A stretch of DNA of 24,000 bases, taken from contig CAYXAA010000001.1 of the NCBI GenBank assembly GCA_964462985.1, forward strand, positions 173,366 to 197,365, given 5' to 3'. Under the pieces are notes generated by a model. It saw only the letters and a list, made by a program, of their open reading frames with translations. It was not told the origin of the DNA and did not search any database. The first letter of the stretch is position 1. Every line of letters starts with the position of its first letter. Shown in pieces: positions 16,085 to 24,000 of the stretch. The stretch comes from an uncultured Hyphomicrobiales bacterium. Lineage in GTDB: Bacteria > Pseudomonadota > Alphaproteobacteria > Rhizobiales > Stappiaceae. Made by a program: the position numbers and the translations under genes.

Positions 16085-17257
16085 CTAGTCTTTGGAGAAG
16101 AACGCGGCAAGAAAACGCCGATAAATCGCGGCAAGCCGGTCGAGGTCGGCGAGAGCGACCCGCTCGTCGACCTTGTGCATCGTTTGTCCGACCAAGCCGA
16201 ACTCCACTACGGAGCAGTAGTCCTTGATGAAACGGGCATCCGATGTGCCGCCACCGGTGGACAGCTCCGGGCGCCGGCCGGTCTCCGCCTCGATCGCGCC
16301 AACGAGTTGGGCAATCAGCCGGTCGTCCCGCGTGAGGAAGCTCTCGCTGGCATCGCGGCGAAACGCGACCGCCCAATTGAGCCCGGCTGGGGCGGCCGCC
16401 TGCAAGGTGGCAGTGATGACGTCCTTCAGCCGACCGAGCGTCCATTCGTCGTTGAAACGCACGTTGAAGCAGGCCGTCGCCCGGGCCGGGATCACGTTGC
16501 TCGCCGGATTGCCGACGTCGATCGAGGTGAACTCCAGATTCGATGGCTGGAAGTGGCCGTTGCCTTCGTCGAGCTTCAGCGCTTGAAGCGCGCCAGCGAG
16601 CGTCAGCAGCCCCGGGATCGGGTTCTTCGCCAGGTGCGGATAGGCAACATGCCCCTGCACGCCGGTCACCGTGATCGTGCCAGAAAGCGAGCCGCGACGA
16701 CCGATCTTAATTGCATCGCCGAGCGCTTCGGGGTTGGTGGGCTCGCCAACAATGCAGGCATCGAACCGGTGACCCTGCTCGGTCGCCCAGGCGAGCAGCT
16801 TGGCGGTGCCGTTCACGGCCGGTCCTTCCTCGTCCCCCGTGATCAAAAAGGACATGGTGCCGCCGAAGTCCGGCCCGTACTCGGCGACAAAGCCGAGCGC
16901 GGCGGCGATAAAGGCGGCAATGCCACCCTTCATGTCGACGGCGCCGCGGCCGTAAAGCGTGCCATCCGCGATGTCGCCGGCGAATGGCGGTCGGGTCCAG
17001 GCCGATTCGTCCCCCGGCGGCACCACGTCGGTGTGTCCGGCGAACACAAAATGCGGCGCGCCGGAGCCGATCGTGGCAAACAGGTTTTCGACGTCCGGTG
17101 TGTCAGCATCGGAGAACGTGACGCGGTTCACAGCAAATCCGGCCGGTGCAAGCAGCCGCTCCAGCAGAGCCAGCGCGCCGCCCTCGACCGGTGTTACGGA
17201 CGGGCAGCGCAGGAGATCGCGCGCGATTGCGGCGGCGGGGGAGAGGGGCTCGATCAT
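16085..17257 (-). CDS. dapE: succinyl-diaminopimelate desuccinylase (M20 peptidase)
   Basis: Contains FAGHTDVVPPG, LYGRGAVDMKGGIAAF, FLITGDEEG, and GTSDARF near the C-terminus. Length is 390 aa. It lies in the same cluster as dapD. Confidence 0.95.
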   Translation of the reverse strand: MIEPLSPAAAIARDLLRCPSVTPVEGGALALLERLLAPAGFAVNRVTFSDADTPDVENLFATIGSGAPHFVFAGHTDVVPPGDESAWTRPPFAGDIADGTLYGRGAVDMKGGIAAFIAAALGFVAEYGPDFGGTMSFLITGDEEGPAVNGTAKLLAWATEQGHRFDACIVGEPTNPEALGDAIKIGRRGSLSGTITVTGVQGHVAYPHLAKNPIPGLLTLAGALQALKLDEGNGHFQPSNLEFTSIDVGNPASNVIPARATACFNVRFNDEWTLGRLKDVITATLQAAAPAGLNWAVAFRRDASESFLTRDDRLIAQLVGAIEAETGRRPELSTGGGTSDARFIKDYCSVVEFGLVGQTMHKVDERVALADLDRLAAIYRRFLAAFFSKD

Positions 17258-17294
17258 GGCGCGGATGCAGCTGTAGCAGGGGACAATTGGACGG

Positions 17295-17747
17295 TCAGTC
17301 CGGCGAATTCGCGCCTCCGGATCGCGGCGGGCCGATCCATTTCGCGTTGGGGCGCGGGCCGTAGCGGTTCGGGCCCTTGGACGAGGGAATGAAGCCGAGC
17401 ACCACGACCATCAGGACGTTGACGATCGGCAGCAGGATCAACAAGCCAAGCAGGCCAGGAAGGTTAAGATCCTGCAGGCGCTTGATGACGAGCGCGAGCT
17501 CGACCCACTGTACCGCGAAGATCAGGAGCGGCACGAGCGGGTTGGATTCGACGAAGTCGACGATGGTAAGCTCGGTGATATCCGCCGACCAATCAATCGA
17601 GCGGATCCAAATCGAGAATGGAATGCCCATCAGCGCCCAGACCAGCGCGAAGGCAAGCCAATAAGGTTGGCGCGACACGCGGCCGAAGGGCGAGAACAGC
17701 AGCCAGAGGGGACCGAGACGGCCGGATGGGAGTCTTTGCTCGGACAT
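17295..17747 (-). CDS. DUF805-family inner membrane protein (YhaH/YhaI-like)
   Basis: Contains FGRVSRQPYW (the family GR.sR..YW motif), IKRLQDLNLPG (matching RRLHD..rsG) and a C-terminal GPNRYGPRP (matching G.NrYG..P). AAGGG lies 7 nt upstream of the ATG. Confidence 0.8.
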   Translation of the reverse strand: MSEQRLPSGRLGPLWLLFSPFGRVSRQPYWLAFALVWALMGIPFSIWIRSIDWSADITELTIVDFVESNPLVPLLIFAVQWVELALVIKRLQDLNLPGLLGLLILLPIVNVLMVVVLGFIPSSKGPNRYGPRPNAKWIGPPRSGGANSPD

Positions 17748-17788
17748 GATCGGCCCTTGGACTTACTGGCGAAACGGCTTTGTACGGT

Positions 17789-18646
17789 TCAGTCGCGCAA
17801 CAGGTCGTTGATCGAGGTCTTGGAACGGGTTTGCTCGTCGACCCGCTTGACGATCACCGCGCAATACAGGCCCGGACCGGGCGAGCCATCCGGCAGTGGC
17901 TTGCCCGGGAGAGTGCCCGGAACCACCACCGAATAGGGCGGGACGCGACCGACGAAGACTTCTCCGGTGGCGCGGTCGATAATCTTTGTCGAGGCGCCGA
18001 TGAAGACACCCATCGACAGCACCGACCCCTCGCCGACCACGACGCCTTCGACCACTTCAGAGCGAGCACCGATGAAGCAATTGTCCTCGATGATCACCGG
18101 GCCGGCCTGCAGCGGCTCCAGCACGCCTCCGATGCCGACGCCTCCCGACAGATGCACATTCTTGCCGATCTGAGCGCAGGAGCCGACCGTAACCCAGGTA
18201 TCCACCATGGTGCCCTCGTCGACATAAGCTCCGAGGTTGACGAACGACGGCATCAGGATCACGCCCCTGGCGATATAGGCCGAGCGGCGCACGATGCAAT
18301 TCGGCACGGCTCGGAACCCGGCTTCCTCGAAATCGACGCCACACCAACCATCGAACTTGGACGGCACCTTGTCCCACCATACCGCGTCACCGGGACCACC
18401 CGGGATCACCTCCATCGGGTTGAGGCGAAACGACAGCAGCACTGCCTTCTTGACCCACTGATTCACAACCCAATCGTTTCCGCGCTTTTCCGCAACGCGC
18501 AGTTCGCCACGATCAAGCAGATTGAGCACGGTCGTCACTGCGTCACGCACCACGCCCTTGGTGGAGGTGTCGATGCTGGCCCGATCGTCGAAGGCGGCGT
18601 CGATCACGGCGGCAAGATCAGCGCGATCGCCGTTGGCATGGGTCAT
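17789..18646 (-). CDS. dapD: 2,3,4,5-tetrahydropyridine-2,6-dicarboxylate N-succinyltransferase
   Basis: The ATG at 18646 gives [25 protein letters not shown]...[15 protein letters not shown]...[17 protein letters not shown]. Hexapeptide repeats follow ([40 protein letters not shown]). The resulting 285 aa is the usual alphaproteobacterial length. I discarded the track's 34-codon extension. Confidence 0.95.
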   Translation of the reverse strand: MTHANGDRADLAAVIDAAFDDRASIDTSTKGVVRDAVTTVLNLLDRGELRVAEKRGNDWVVNQWVKKAVLLSFRLNPMEVIPGGPGDAVWWDKVPSKFDGWCGVDFEEAGFRAVPNCIVRRSAYIARGVILMPSFVNLGAYVDEGTMVDTWVTVGSCAQIGKNVHLSGGVGIGGVLEPLQAGPVIIEDNCFIGARSEVVEGVVVGEGSVLSMGVFIGASTKIIDRATGEVFVGRVPPYSVVVPGTLPGKPLPDGSPGPGLYCAVIVKRVDEQTRSKTSINDLLRD

Positions 18647-19167
18647 GGAAGCGGCATCCCCGTCTATGGATCGTCCCGATCGGGAACGATCGTGCCAATC
18701 ACCGAAGCAGACGCCGCACCCTACATCGGGCAAGGCGTGCTCACACAAGTCGGCCGGACCTAAGCCCCCACGGGGGCCGAAGTCAATACGCTCAAGCGGA
18801 TGGGTCGGCGGCGGGTCTCGAGGAAGCGCAATTCCGCCGCGGCAGTCTATGGTTCCCGCGATGTCAGCAGCGGCGCTTACCGGCAGCGCGCGGTGATCGC
18901 TCTGCTGGGCGAGATGGCCGAAATACGTTACCGATCAGACATTGGCCGTCGACGGCAGCATGGGTGCCAAGGGCCTCTTGCTCGTCGGCCCGCGCGGCGG
19001 ACGGACTGATCGAGCTAGCCGGGTGGTGCCGCCGGCAAAGCCCCGCGCAGCAACGGCTGGCGCTTTCCTGATTGCCGGTCATAGCCAGCGGCCGGATTGC
19101 ACGATAAGTCTTGCCTCGCAAGGATCTCCCTTGCCCTCGCCTCCTCCCCCTGCCTGCGGATCCACCG

Positions 19168-20076
19168 ATGGACCTTTGGATTCCAATCACGATCGCCGCC
19201 GCCTTTTGTCAGAACCTGCGCTCGGCCTTGCAGCGGCACCTCAAGGGACAACTCGGCACGACGGGCGCCACTTTCGTGCGATTCGCCTACGGATTTCCCG
19301 TCGCTCTTGCCTATCTGGGGGCGTTGCACTGGGGCGCCGGGTATCCGGTGCCGGACATCAACCCGATCTTCCTCGCCGCTGGCATGATCGGAGGCATCGC
19401 CCAGATCGTCGCAACCTTCCTGCTCATCCATCTGTTTTCCTTTCGGAATTTCGCCGTCGGCACCGCATATTCCAAGACGGAGCCGGTGCAGGCTGCCTTA
19501 TTCGGGATGGTAATCCTGGGTGAGTCGGTGACGGTCCCGGCGGCGATCGCGATCGTTATCGGAGTTGCCGGCGTGGTTCTGATCTCCGTGGCGCGCAGCC
19601 CCTTGAGCTTCAAGTCCGCGGCCGCCGCTCTGGCGAGTCGCCCCGCGTTGATCGGTCTCGCCTCGGCTGCGGTCTTCGGTCTCTCGGCGGTGAGCTACCG
19701 CGCCGCGTCGGTGTCACTCGGTGGCCCTAATTACCTGATGCAGGCCGGTTTCGCCCTTGCCTTCGTGACGCTGTTCCAGACGGTCGTGATGACGGTTTGG
19801 ATGGCCTGGCGCGAGCCGGCTGAGCTCCGGGCGAGCCTCGCTGCCTGGCGCATCGCAGGCCTCGTCGGCCTCGTCGGCGTCCTGGGTTCGGCGGGCTGGT
19901 TCACCGCGATGACCCTGCAGAACGTCGCCTACGTGCGAGCACTCGGGCAGATCGAGCTCATCTTCACCTTTGCCGCCTCATGGTTCGCGTTCCGCGAGCG
20001 CATCAACCTGCAGGAAGTCCTCGGCTGCCTGCTCATTGTCTTCGGTATTCTCGTGCTGCTGCTCGCATCCTCGTAG
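19168..20076 (+). CDS. EamA/DMT-superfamily transporter (10 TM)
   Basis: Two repeated 5-TM halves with typical EamA features (IPITIAAAFCQNLRSALQRHL..., ...FGMVILGESVTVPAAIAIVIGVAGVVLI, ...FAFRERINLQEVLGCLLIVFGILVL). I chose the ATG at 19168. The codons between the track's TTG start at 19111 and this ATG have poor third-position GC. Confidence 0.85.
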   Translation: MDLWIPITIAAAFCQNLRSALQRHLKGQLGTTGATFVRFAYGFPVALAYLGALHWGAGYPVPDINPIFLAAGMIGGIAQIVATFLLIHLFSFRNFAVGTAYSKTEPVQAALFGMVILGESVTVPAAIAIVIGVAGVVLISVARSPLSFKSAAAALASRPALIGLASAAVFGLSAVSYRAASVSLGGPNYLMQAGFALAFVTLFQTVVMTVWMAWREPAELRASLAAWRIAGLVGLVGVLGSAGWFTAMTLQNVAYVRALGQIELIFTFAASWFAFRERINLQEVLGCLLIVFGILVLLLASS

Positions 20077-20089
20077 ATCAAGCGCAAAC

Positions 20090-20842
20090 TTACGGGTCGG
20101 ACGCGATGGCGCCCCGCACCGCCGTGAGAAAATCAGCCAGGTTGTCGGTGACAAACTCGATATGGGGGGCGTCGTCGCCTTCCATCTCCCAATCCTCGCG
20201 GAACACTTCGCGTGTCCCCTCGGGAACGACCAGAACCGTGCGCATGCCGAGTCGGTGCGGGACTTTCAGATTACGCGCAAGATCCTCGAACATCGCCGCT
20301 CGCGCCGGAGACACTCCGGTCTTTGCCAGAAAACGCTCATAGGTTTCCCGGTTGGGCTTGGGCATCAGCCCGGCGGCGACGATGTCGAAGATGTCGTCGA
20401 AATGTTCCGATACGCCAAGGCGTGCCGCAGCCCGCTCGGCATGGCCGCGGTCGCCGTTGGTGAAGATGAACTTCTTGCCCGGCAGGGCGGCGATTGCCGA
20501 ACCCAGCGCAGGATCGGGGGTGATCGGCGAATAGTCGATGTCGTGAACAAATTCGAGGAACTGGTCCGGATCGATGTCATACTCGCTCATCAGGCCGCGT
20601 AGCGTCGTGCCATAGTCGCGATAGAAGTCCTTCTGCTTGCGCTGTGCCTCGTCCTTGGCGATGCCGAGAAACCTCGCAACAAAGTCGGAAATCCGGTCGT
20701 CAATCTGTGCGAACAGGTTTGTGTGCGCCGGGTAGAGGGTGTTGTCGAGGTCGAACACCCAGGCCTCCACGCCGGTGAAGTTGCGCAGATCGTGAAGATG
20801 CGCGTGGGCTCCCTCCGACGCAACGGGCTTTGTCTCTGTCAC
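20090..20842 (-). CDS. HAD-superfamily pyrimidine 5'-nucleotidase (SDT1-like)
   Basis: HAD motif [11 protein letters not shown], then FTNG, then the motif III/IV region KPN...[11 protein letters not shown]. The GTG start at 20842 overlaps the argB stop as GTGA (20839-20842), which suggests translational coupling. Confidence 0.85.
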   Translation of the reverse strand: MTETKPVASEGAHAHLHDLRNFTGVEAWVFDLDNTLYPAHTNLFAQIDDRISDFVARFLGIAKDEAQRKQKDFYRDYGTTLRGLMSEYDIDPDQFLEFVHDIDYSPITPDPALGSAIAALPGKKFIFTNGDRGHAERAAARLGVSEHFDDIFDIVAAGLMPKPNRETYERFLAKTGVSPARAAMFEDLARNLKVPHRLGMRTVLVVPEGTREVFREDWEMEGDDAPHIEFVTDNLADFLTAVRGAIASDP

Positions 20843-21726
20843 GGCCTGAGCAGCGTCCCGGCACCGTGGTCGGTGAAGAGCTCGAGCAGAACCGAGTGCG
20901 CCACCTTGCCGTTGACGATGACGACACCCTCGACCCCCCGGCCGAGCGCCTCGATGCAGGTTTCCACCTTCGGGATCATCCCGCCCGAAATCGTGCCGTC
21001 ATCGATCAAGGCCTTGGCCTCGGCGACTGTCAGCTCCTTGATCAGCTTGCCGTCGCGGTCGAGCACGCCGGGCACGTCGGTGAGGAACAGCAGGCGGCGC
21101 GCCCCGAGCGCTCCGGCGATGGCACCGGCGAAGGTATCGGCGTTGATGTTGTAGGTTTCGCCGTCGCGGCCGGGCGCAACCGGCGCCACGACCGGGATCA
21201 ACTCCTCCTTCATGACGAGCTTCAGCACGGTCGGATTGACATCTACCGGCTCGCCAACAAAGCCAAGGTCAAGGATCTGCTCGATGGCCGAATTCGGATC
21301 GCGAGCAGTGCGATGCAGCTTTTCGGCCATCACCATGTTGCCATCCTTGCCGCAAAGCCCGATCGCCCGCCCGCCTTCGGCATTGATGGTGTGCACGATC
21401 TCCTTGTTGATGGCGCCGGCCAGCACCATCTCGACCACCTCGACTGTCGCCTTGTCGGTAACGCGCAGCCCACCGCGAAATTCACTCTTGATGCCAAGCC
21501 GATCGAGCATGGAGCCGATCTGCGGTCCGCCGCCGTGAACGACGACGGGCAGGACGCCGGACAGCCGAAGCAGTGTGATGTCGCGCGCGAAGGCTCGGCC
21601 GAGCTCGGGATCGCCCATCGCATGGCCACCATACTTGATGACGACCACCTGGTCGTCGTAACGCAGCATGTAGGGCAGGGCCTTGGAGATCACCTGGGCG
21701 GGATTTTGAATTTCGGATGCGGTCAT
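20839..21726 (-). CDS. argB: acetylglutamate kinase
   Basis: Contains [29 protein letters not shown] and NINADTFAG. Length is 295 aa. Confidence 0.95.
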   Translation of the reverse strand: MTASEIQNPAQVISKALPYMLRYDDQVVVIKYGGHAMGDPELGRAFARDITLLRLSGVLPVVVHGGGPQIGSMLDRLGIKSEFRGGLRVTDKATVEVVEMVLAGAINKEIVHTINAEGGRAIGLCGKDGNMVMAEKLHRTARDPNSAIEQILDLGFVGEPVDVNPTVLKLVMKEELIPVVAPVAPGRDGETYNINADTFAGAIAGALGARRLLFLTDVPGVLDRDGKLIKELTVAEAKALIDDGTISGGMIPKVETCIEALGRGVEGVVIVNGKVAHSVLLELFTDHGAGTLLRP

Positions 21727-22023
21727 GGTCGCTCGGACTGTCTTCTATCAGCGGATCGTCCGTCGGGACCGACTTGCGATCCGAAGCACAATCGCTTCAT
21801 TCTTACCGGAACATCGTGTCCGGATTCGTGCGGACGGGCATGCTCCACCCAGGGCCAGGCCGGCTAGGGCGCGACTTCGGGTCTCGGGTGTCCTATAGCG
21901 GGTTTGCCAAAGCGGCTCAATCGATCCTGAAACGCTAACTCCGGGAGCGCCATTGGCCGATTGGAGTGCTGACCTGACATCTGGAGAGTCGCTGGCATTG
22001 GGGCCGGCGTCCAGCCCTGAGAA

Positions 22024-22671
22024 TTACTGGCTCAGAATGTCGGCGATCTCGCATCGCAAGTCAGGAATGCCGCCTCCCTTCTCCGACGAGGTGGCCAGGA
22101 CGAGCGGATGGGCCGCAGGGCGCTTGCGGATACCCTCGGACACGTCATCGCGGACGCGCGCAAGCTGCTTGACGGTGATCTTGTCGGCCTTGGTGAGCAC
22201 GACCTGATAGCTCACCGCTGTCTTGTCCAGCACGCTCATGGCGTCGCAGTCGTTCTGCTTCAGGCCATGGCGGCTGTCGACGAGGAGAAATACGCGCCGC
22301 AACGTGGTGCGACCGCGCAGGAAAGCAAAGATCAGATCTGTCCAGGTGTCGACCACGCCCTTGGGCGCCTGGGCGAAGCCATAGCCCGGCATGTCAACCA
22401 GCACGAGTGGTGTTTCAGGCGCGCCGAAGAAGTTGAGCAGCTGGGTCCGCCCTGGCGTATTCGAGGTCCGAGCCAGGCCCTTGCGCCCGGTCAGGGCATT
22501 GATGAGGCTCGATTTTCCGACGTTCGACCGGCCGACGAAGGCAAGCTCGACCGGCGCGGGCGGCGGCAGTTGATCGATCGCGGCGGCGCTCGTCAAAAAG
22601 GTCCAGGGCCGGGCGAACAGCAGGCGCCCGGCTTCGAGTTCGGCTTCGGTACGGACGTTGGTTTCAGTCAT
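22024..22671 (-). CDS. engB: ribosome-biogenesis GTPase YihA/YsxC (EngB)
   Basis: G1 motif [16 protein letters not shown], then TPGRTQ, then G3 DMPGYG and G4 TKADK. Length is 215 aa. Confidence 0.95.
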   Translation of the reverse strand: MTETNVRTEAELEAGRLLFARPWTFLTSAAAIDQLPPPAPVELAFVGRSNVGKSSLINALTGRKGLARTSNTPGRTQLLNFFGAPETPLVLVDMPGYGFAQAPKGVVDTWTDLIFAFLRGRTTLRRVFLLVDSRHGLKQNDCDAMSVLDKTAVSYQVVLTKADKITVKQLARVRDDVSEGIRKRPAAHPLVLATSSEKGGGIPDLRCEIADILSQ

Positions 22672-22688
22672 CCCTGCCTTTTAGAGCA

Positions 22689-22738
22689 AGCCGGATGCCG
22701 CGGAAATCATCCGATTGGAAAAATCGGGCATTCCGGCT
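22689..22738 (-). terminator. long bulged hairpin filling the truA-engB spacer (terminator/attenuator or processing-site candidate)
   Basis: The minus strand, directly after the truA TGA, reads AGCCGGAATGCC...GGCATCCGGCT. That is an 11-bp stem with one bulged A, enclosing an inner CCGATT-TTTCC-AATCGG hairpin. It is followed by TGCTCT, then the engB RBS and ATG. Confidence 0.3.
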
Positions 22739-23557
22739 TCACTCCCAGTCGTCGTCGGCCGGCGCTTCGGGGCCGTCCAGATAGGCGTTGCGGGCAGCGA
22801 GATCTTCGGCAGCGGAGCGGTAGTCGACCTGGGTCAGGTAGAGGCCTTCGGCCGGGGCCACGGGACCGCAGGCGCGCCGGTCGCGGGCGGCGAGGGCAGC
22901 GGCGACATCTTCGGCCGTCCAACGCCCTTCTCCCACCAGCTTCAACGTACCGACCATCGAGCGCACCTGGTTGTGCAGGAAGGACCGCGACGCGCACTCG
23001 GCAATCACGGCGATGCCCTCGCGCCGGACCGAGAACCGCTCCAGCGTCTTTACCGGGCTCTTGGCCTGACAACGCGAATGGCGGAACGTCGTGAAGTCAT
23101 GATGGCCAACCAAGACCTGGGCGGCGCGGTGCATCGCATCGGCGTCGAGCGGTCCACGCTTGACGTGCCACGCCAAGCCCTTTTCGTGGGTCAACGGCGC
23201 CGGTCGGTTGATGATGCGATACCGGTAGTGCCGGCGGATCGCCGAAAAGCGGGCATCGAAGCCGTCATGCACCAGTTCGCAGCCGAGCAGCGCCACCGGG
23301 TCGGGCTGGCAGTGAAAGTTGAGCGCGTTGAGCACAGTTTCCGCCGGCCAGGCCTTGGCAAGGTCGAGGTGGGCGACCTGGCCGAGGGCATGCACGCCGG
23401 AATCCGTGCGCCCGGCGCCGCCGATTGTGACAGTTTCGCCGCAAAAGGCCTTCACCGCCCGCTCGATGACGGCCTGGACGGACGGACCGTTGTCCTGGCG
23501 CTGCCAGCCGACGAAGGGGCGACCGTCGTATTCGATGATCAGCTTGTAGCGCGGCAT
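22739..23557 (-). CDS. truA: tRNA pseudouridine(38-40) synthase
   Basis: The ATG at 23557 gives [21 protein letters not shown]. The catalytic motif [17 protein letters not shown] is present, as are RYRYRI and [11 protein letters not shown]. The track's 37-codon extension was discarded. Confidence 0.93.
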   Translation of the reverse strand: MPRYKLIIEYDGRPFVGWQRQDNGPSVQAVIERAVKAFCGETVTIGGAGRTDSGVHALGQVAHLDLAKAWPAETVLNALNFHCQPDPVALLGCELVHDGFDARFSAIRRHYRYRIINRPAPLTHEKGLAWHVKRGPLDADAMHRAAQVLVGHHDFTTFRHSRCQAKSPVKTLERFSVRREGIAVIAECASRSFLHNQVRSMVGTLKLVGEGRWTAEDVAAALAARDRRACGPVAPAEGLYLTQVDYRSAAEDLAARNAYLDGPEAPADDDWE

Positions 23558-23567
23558 GCGGCCAGGG

Positions 23568-24000
23568 TCATTCGAAGGCCTGGAACGGCGTGGCGAAGGT
23601 GACTTCAACCGGCAAGTCACGGCGCCCGGCCTCCGACAGCGCCAACGCCATGAAAGCGGCTCCAGCATACGGCCCGTTGACCTTGCGGGCGAGCTCGGGG
23701 TCGAAACCGAAGCGGGGATAGTAATTGGGATCGCCGAGCACCAGCAGCAAATCCTCGCCGCGCCCGCCGAGCTCGGCGATTGCAGCCTTTGTCAGCGCAC
23801 TGCCGATGCCGGTGCGCTGGTACGCCGGCAACACTGACAGCGGCGCCAAGCAGGAGATCGCGAGGCGATGGCCGCGCCCGGCCCCGGTCACCCGGCTGAT
23901 GGCGATATGCCCGACGAGGGTTCCGTGTTCGTCCTCCGCCACCAGTTCCAGGACGAGGGCACCGCATTCGCGCAGGTCCTCGACCAAGGAAGCCTCCGTG
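23568..24000 (-). CDS. GNAT-family N-acetyltransferase (N-terminus beyond the right edge of the window)
   Basis: Acetyl-CoA-binding motif [19 protein letters not shown] (Q/RxxGxG/A). The C-terminal part resembles the YhbS-like GNAT subgroup ([13 protein letters not shown]). The reading frame stays open to position 24000 (..TEASLVEDL..), so the TTG 'start' in the track is probably internal. Confidence 0.8.
   Translation of the reverse strand, partial: TEASLVEDLRECGALVLELVAEDEHGTLVGHIAISRVTGAGRGHRLAISCLAPLSVLPAYQRTGIGSALTKAAIAELGGRGEDLLLVLGDPNYYPRFGFDPELARKVNGPYAGAAFMALALSEAGRRDLPVEVTFATPFQAFE

Noticed and set aside
19140-19150. CCTCCTCCCCC tract upstream of the EamA gene. It recalls the CCUCCUCCC anti-SD loops of alphaproteobacterial 'cuckoo' (ar14-type) sRNAs, or on the other strand a strong GGAGGAGG SD.
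   Set aside because: No flanking stems place the motif in a hairpin loop. On the minus strand no start codon follows at a usable distance, and the only downstream ORF (18864-19190) has about 67% GC3 and implausible composition.
21752-21783. Nested hairpin CGGATCG...GTCGG-TC-CCGAC...CGATCCG in the argB leader, and similar short GC stems elsewhere (731-745, 1668-1682, 3560-3577).
   Set aside because: Short 5-7 bp GC stems are expected by chance at this base composition. I recognise no conserved regulatory motif, and Alphaproteobacteria generally lack ArgR boxes. I did not consider them worth separate findings without comparative data.
14403-23094. Other long shadow ORFs: 14403-15206(-), 16040-17392(+), 17780-18763(+), 20830-21867(+) and 22108-23094(+). 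The ORF 26-805(+) at the left edge belongs to the same class.
   Set aside because: Each is antisense to a gene with clear family motifs (vat-like, dapE, dapD, argB, engB/truA, response regulator). Each has the Arg/Gly/Asp/His-rich composition of a non-coding frame.
1-24000. Window-wide scan for CRISPR arrays, long direct or tandem repeats, IS elements and their terminal inverted repeats, toxin-antitoxin pairs, rRNA genes and SRP/6S/tmRNA-like genes.
   Set aside because: I found none by eye. There are no regularly spaced repeats, no transposase- or integrase-like translations in any frame of the track, and no recognisable conserved ncRNA cores in the spacers. A computational repeat and Infernal scan would be needed to be definitive.

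Overview
The window is GC-rich and looks like alphaproteobacterial chromosomal core (Hyphomicrobiales-like by gene content). I could not run any homology search, so taxon and product calls rest on motifs I read in the translations and on my memory of the families.

Gene order, left to right:
- Minus strand: a truncated OmpR-type response regulator.
- Plus strand: a candidate small membrane ORF and a class I cytochrome c.
- Minus strand: an MFS transporter with a long soluble tail, a gluconate-5-dehydrogenase-like SDR, a Na/Pi-cotransporter/PhoU protein and tRNA-Arg(ACG).
- Minus strand: a TVP38/DedA-like membrane protein, a MerA-like flavoprotein disulfide reductase and a sensor histidine kinase.
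- Plus strand: the housekeeping block rpmH-rnpA-yidC, then a Vat-like hexapeptide acetyltransferase.
- Mostly minus strand: a membrane protein, dapE, DUF805, dapD, EamA (plus strand), a pyrimidine 5'-nucleotidase, argB, engB, truA and a truncated GNAT.

Many long ORFs in the six-frame track are antisense shadows of these genes, which is typical of high-GC DNA. rpmH (44 aa) and the response regulator are real genes missing from the track.

I see no CRISPR array, mobile element, integrase or recognisable defence or toxin system. I cannot honestly point to a clear novel system. The best candidates for a second look are:
- the tightly coupled TVP38 membrane protein plus atypical disulfide reductase pair, possibly with the adjacent orphan kinase;
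- an apparent ~8 kb inversion of the engB-argB-dapD-dapE block relative to the synteny I recall for Alphaproteobacteria, with a Vat-like acetyltransferase at one junction;
- the MFS transporter's 146-aa C-terminal domain;
- unusually long gene-free, hairpin-rich spacers around tRNA-Arg and between dapD and EamA;
- a strong promoter with a ~160-nt structured leader in front of rpmH.
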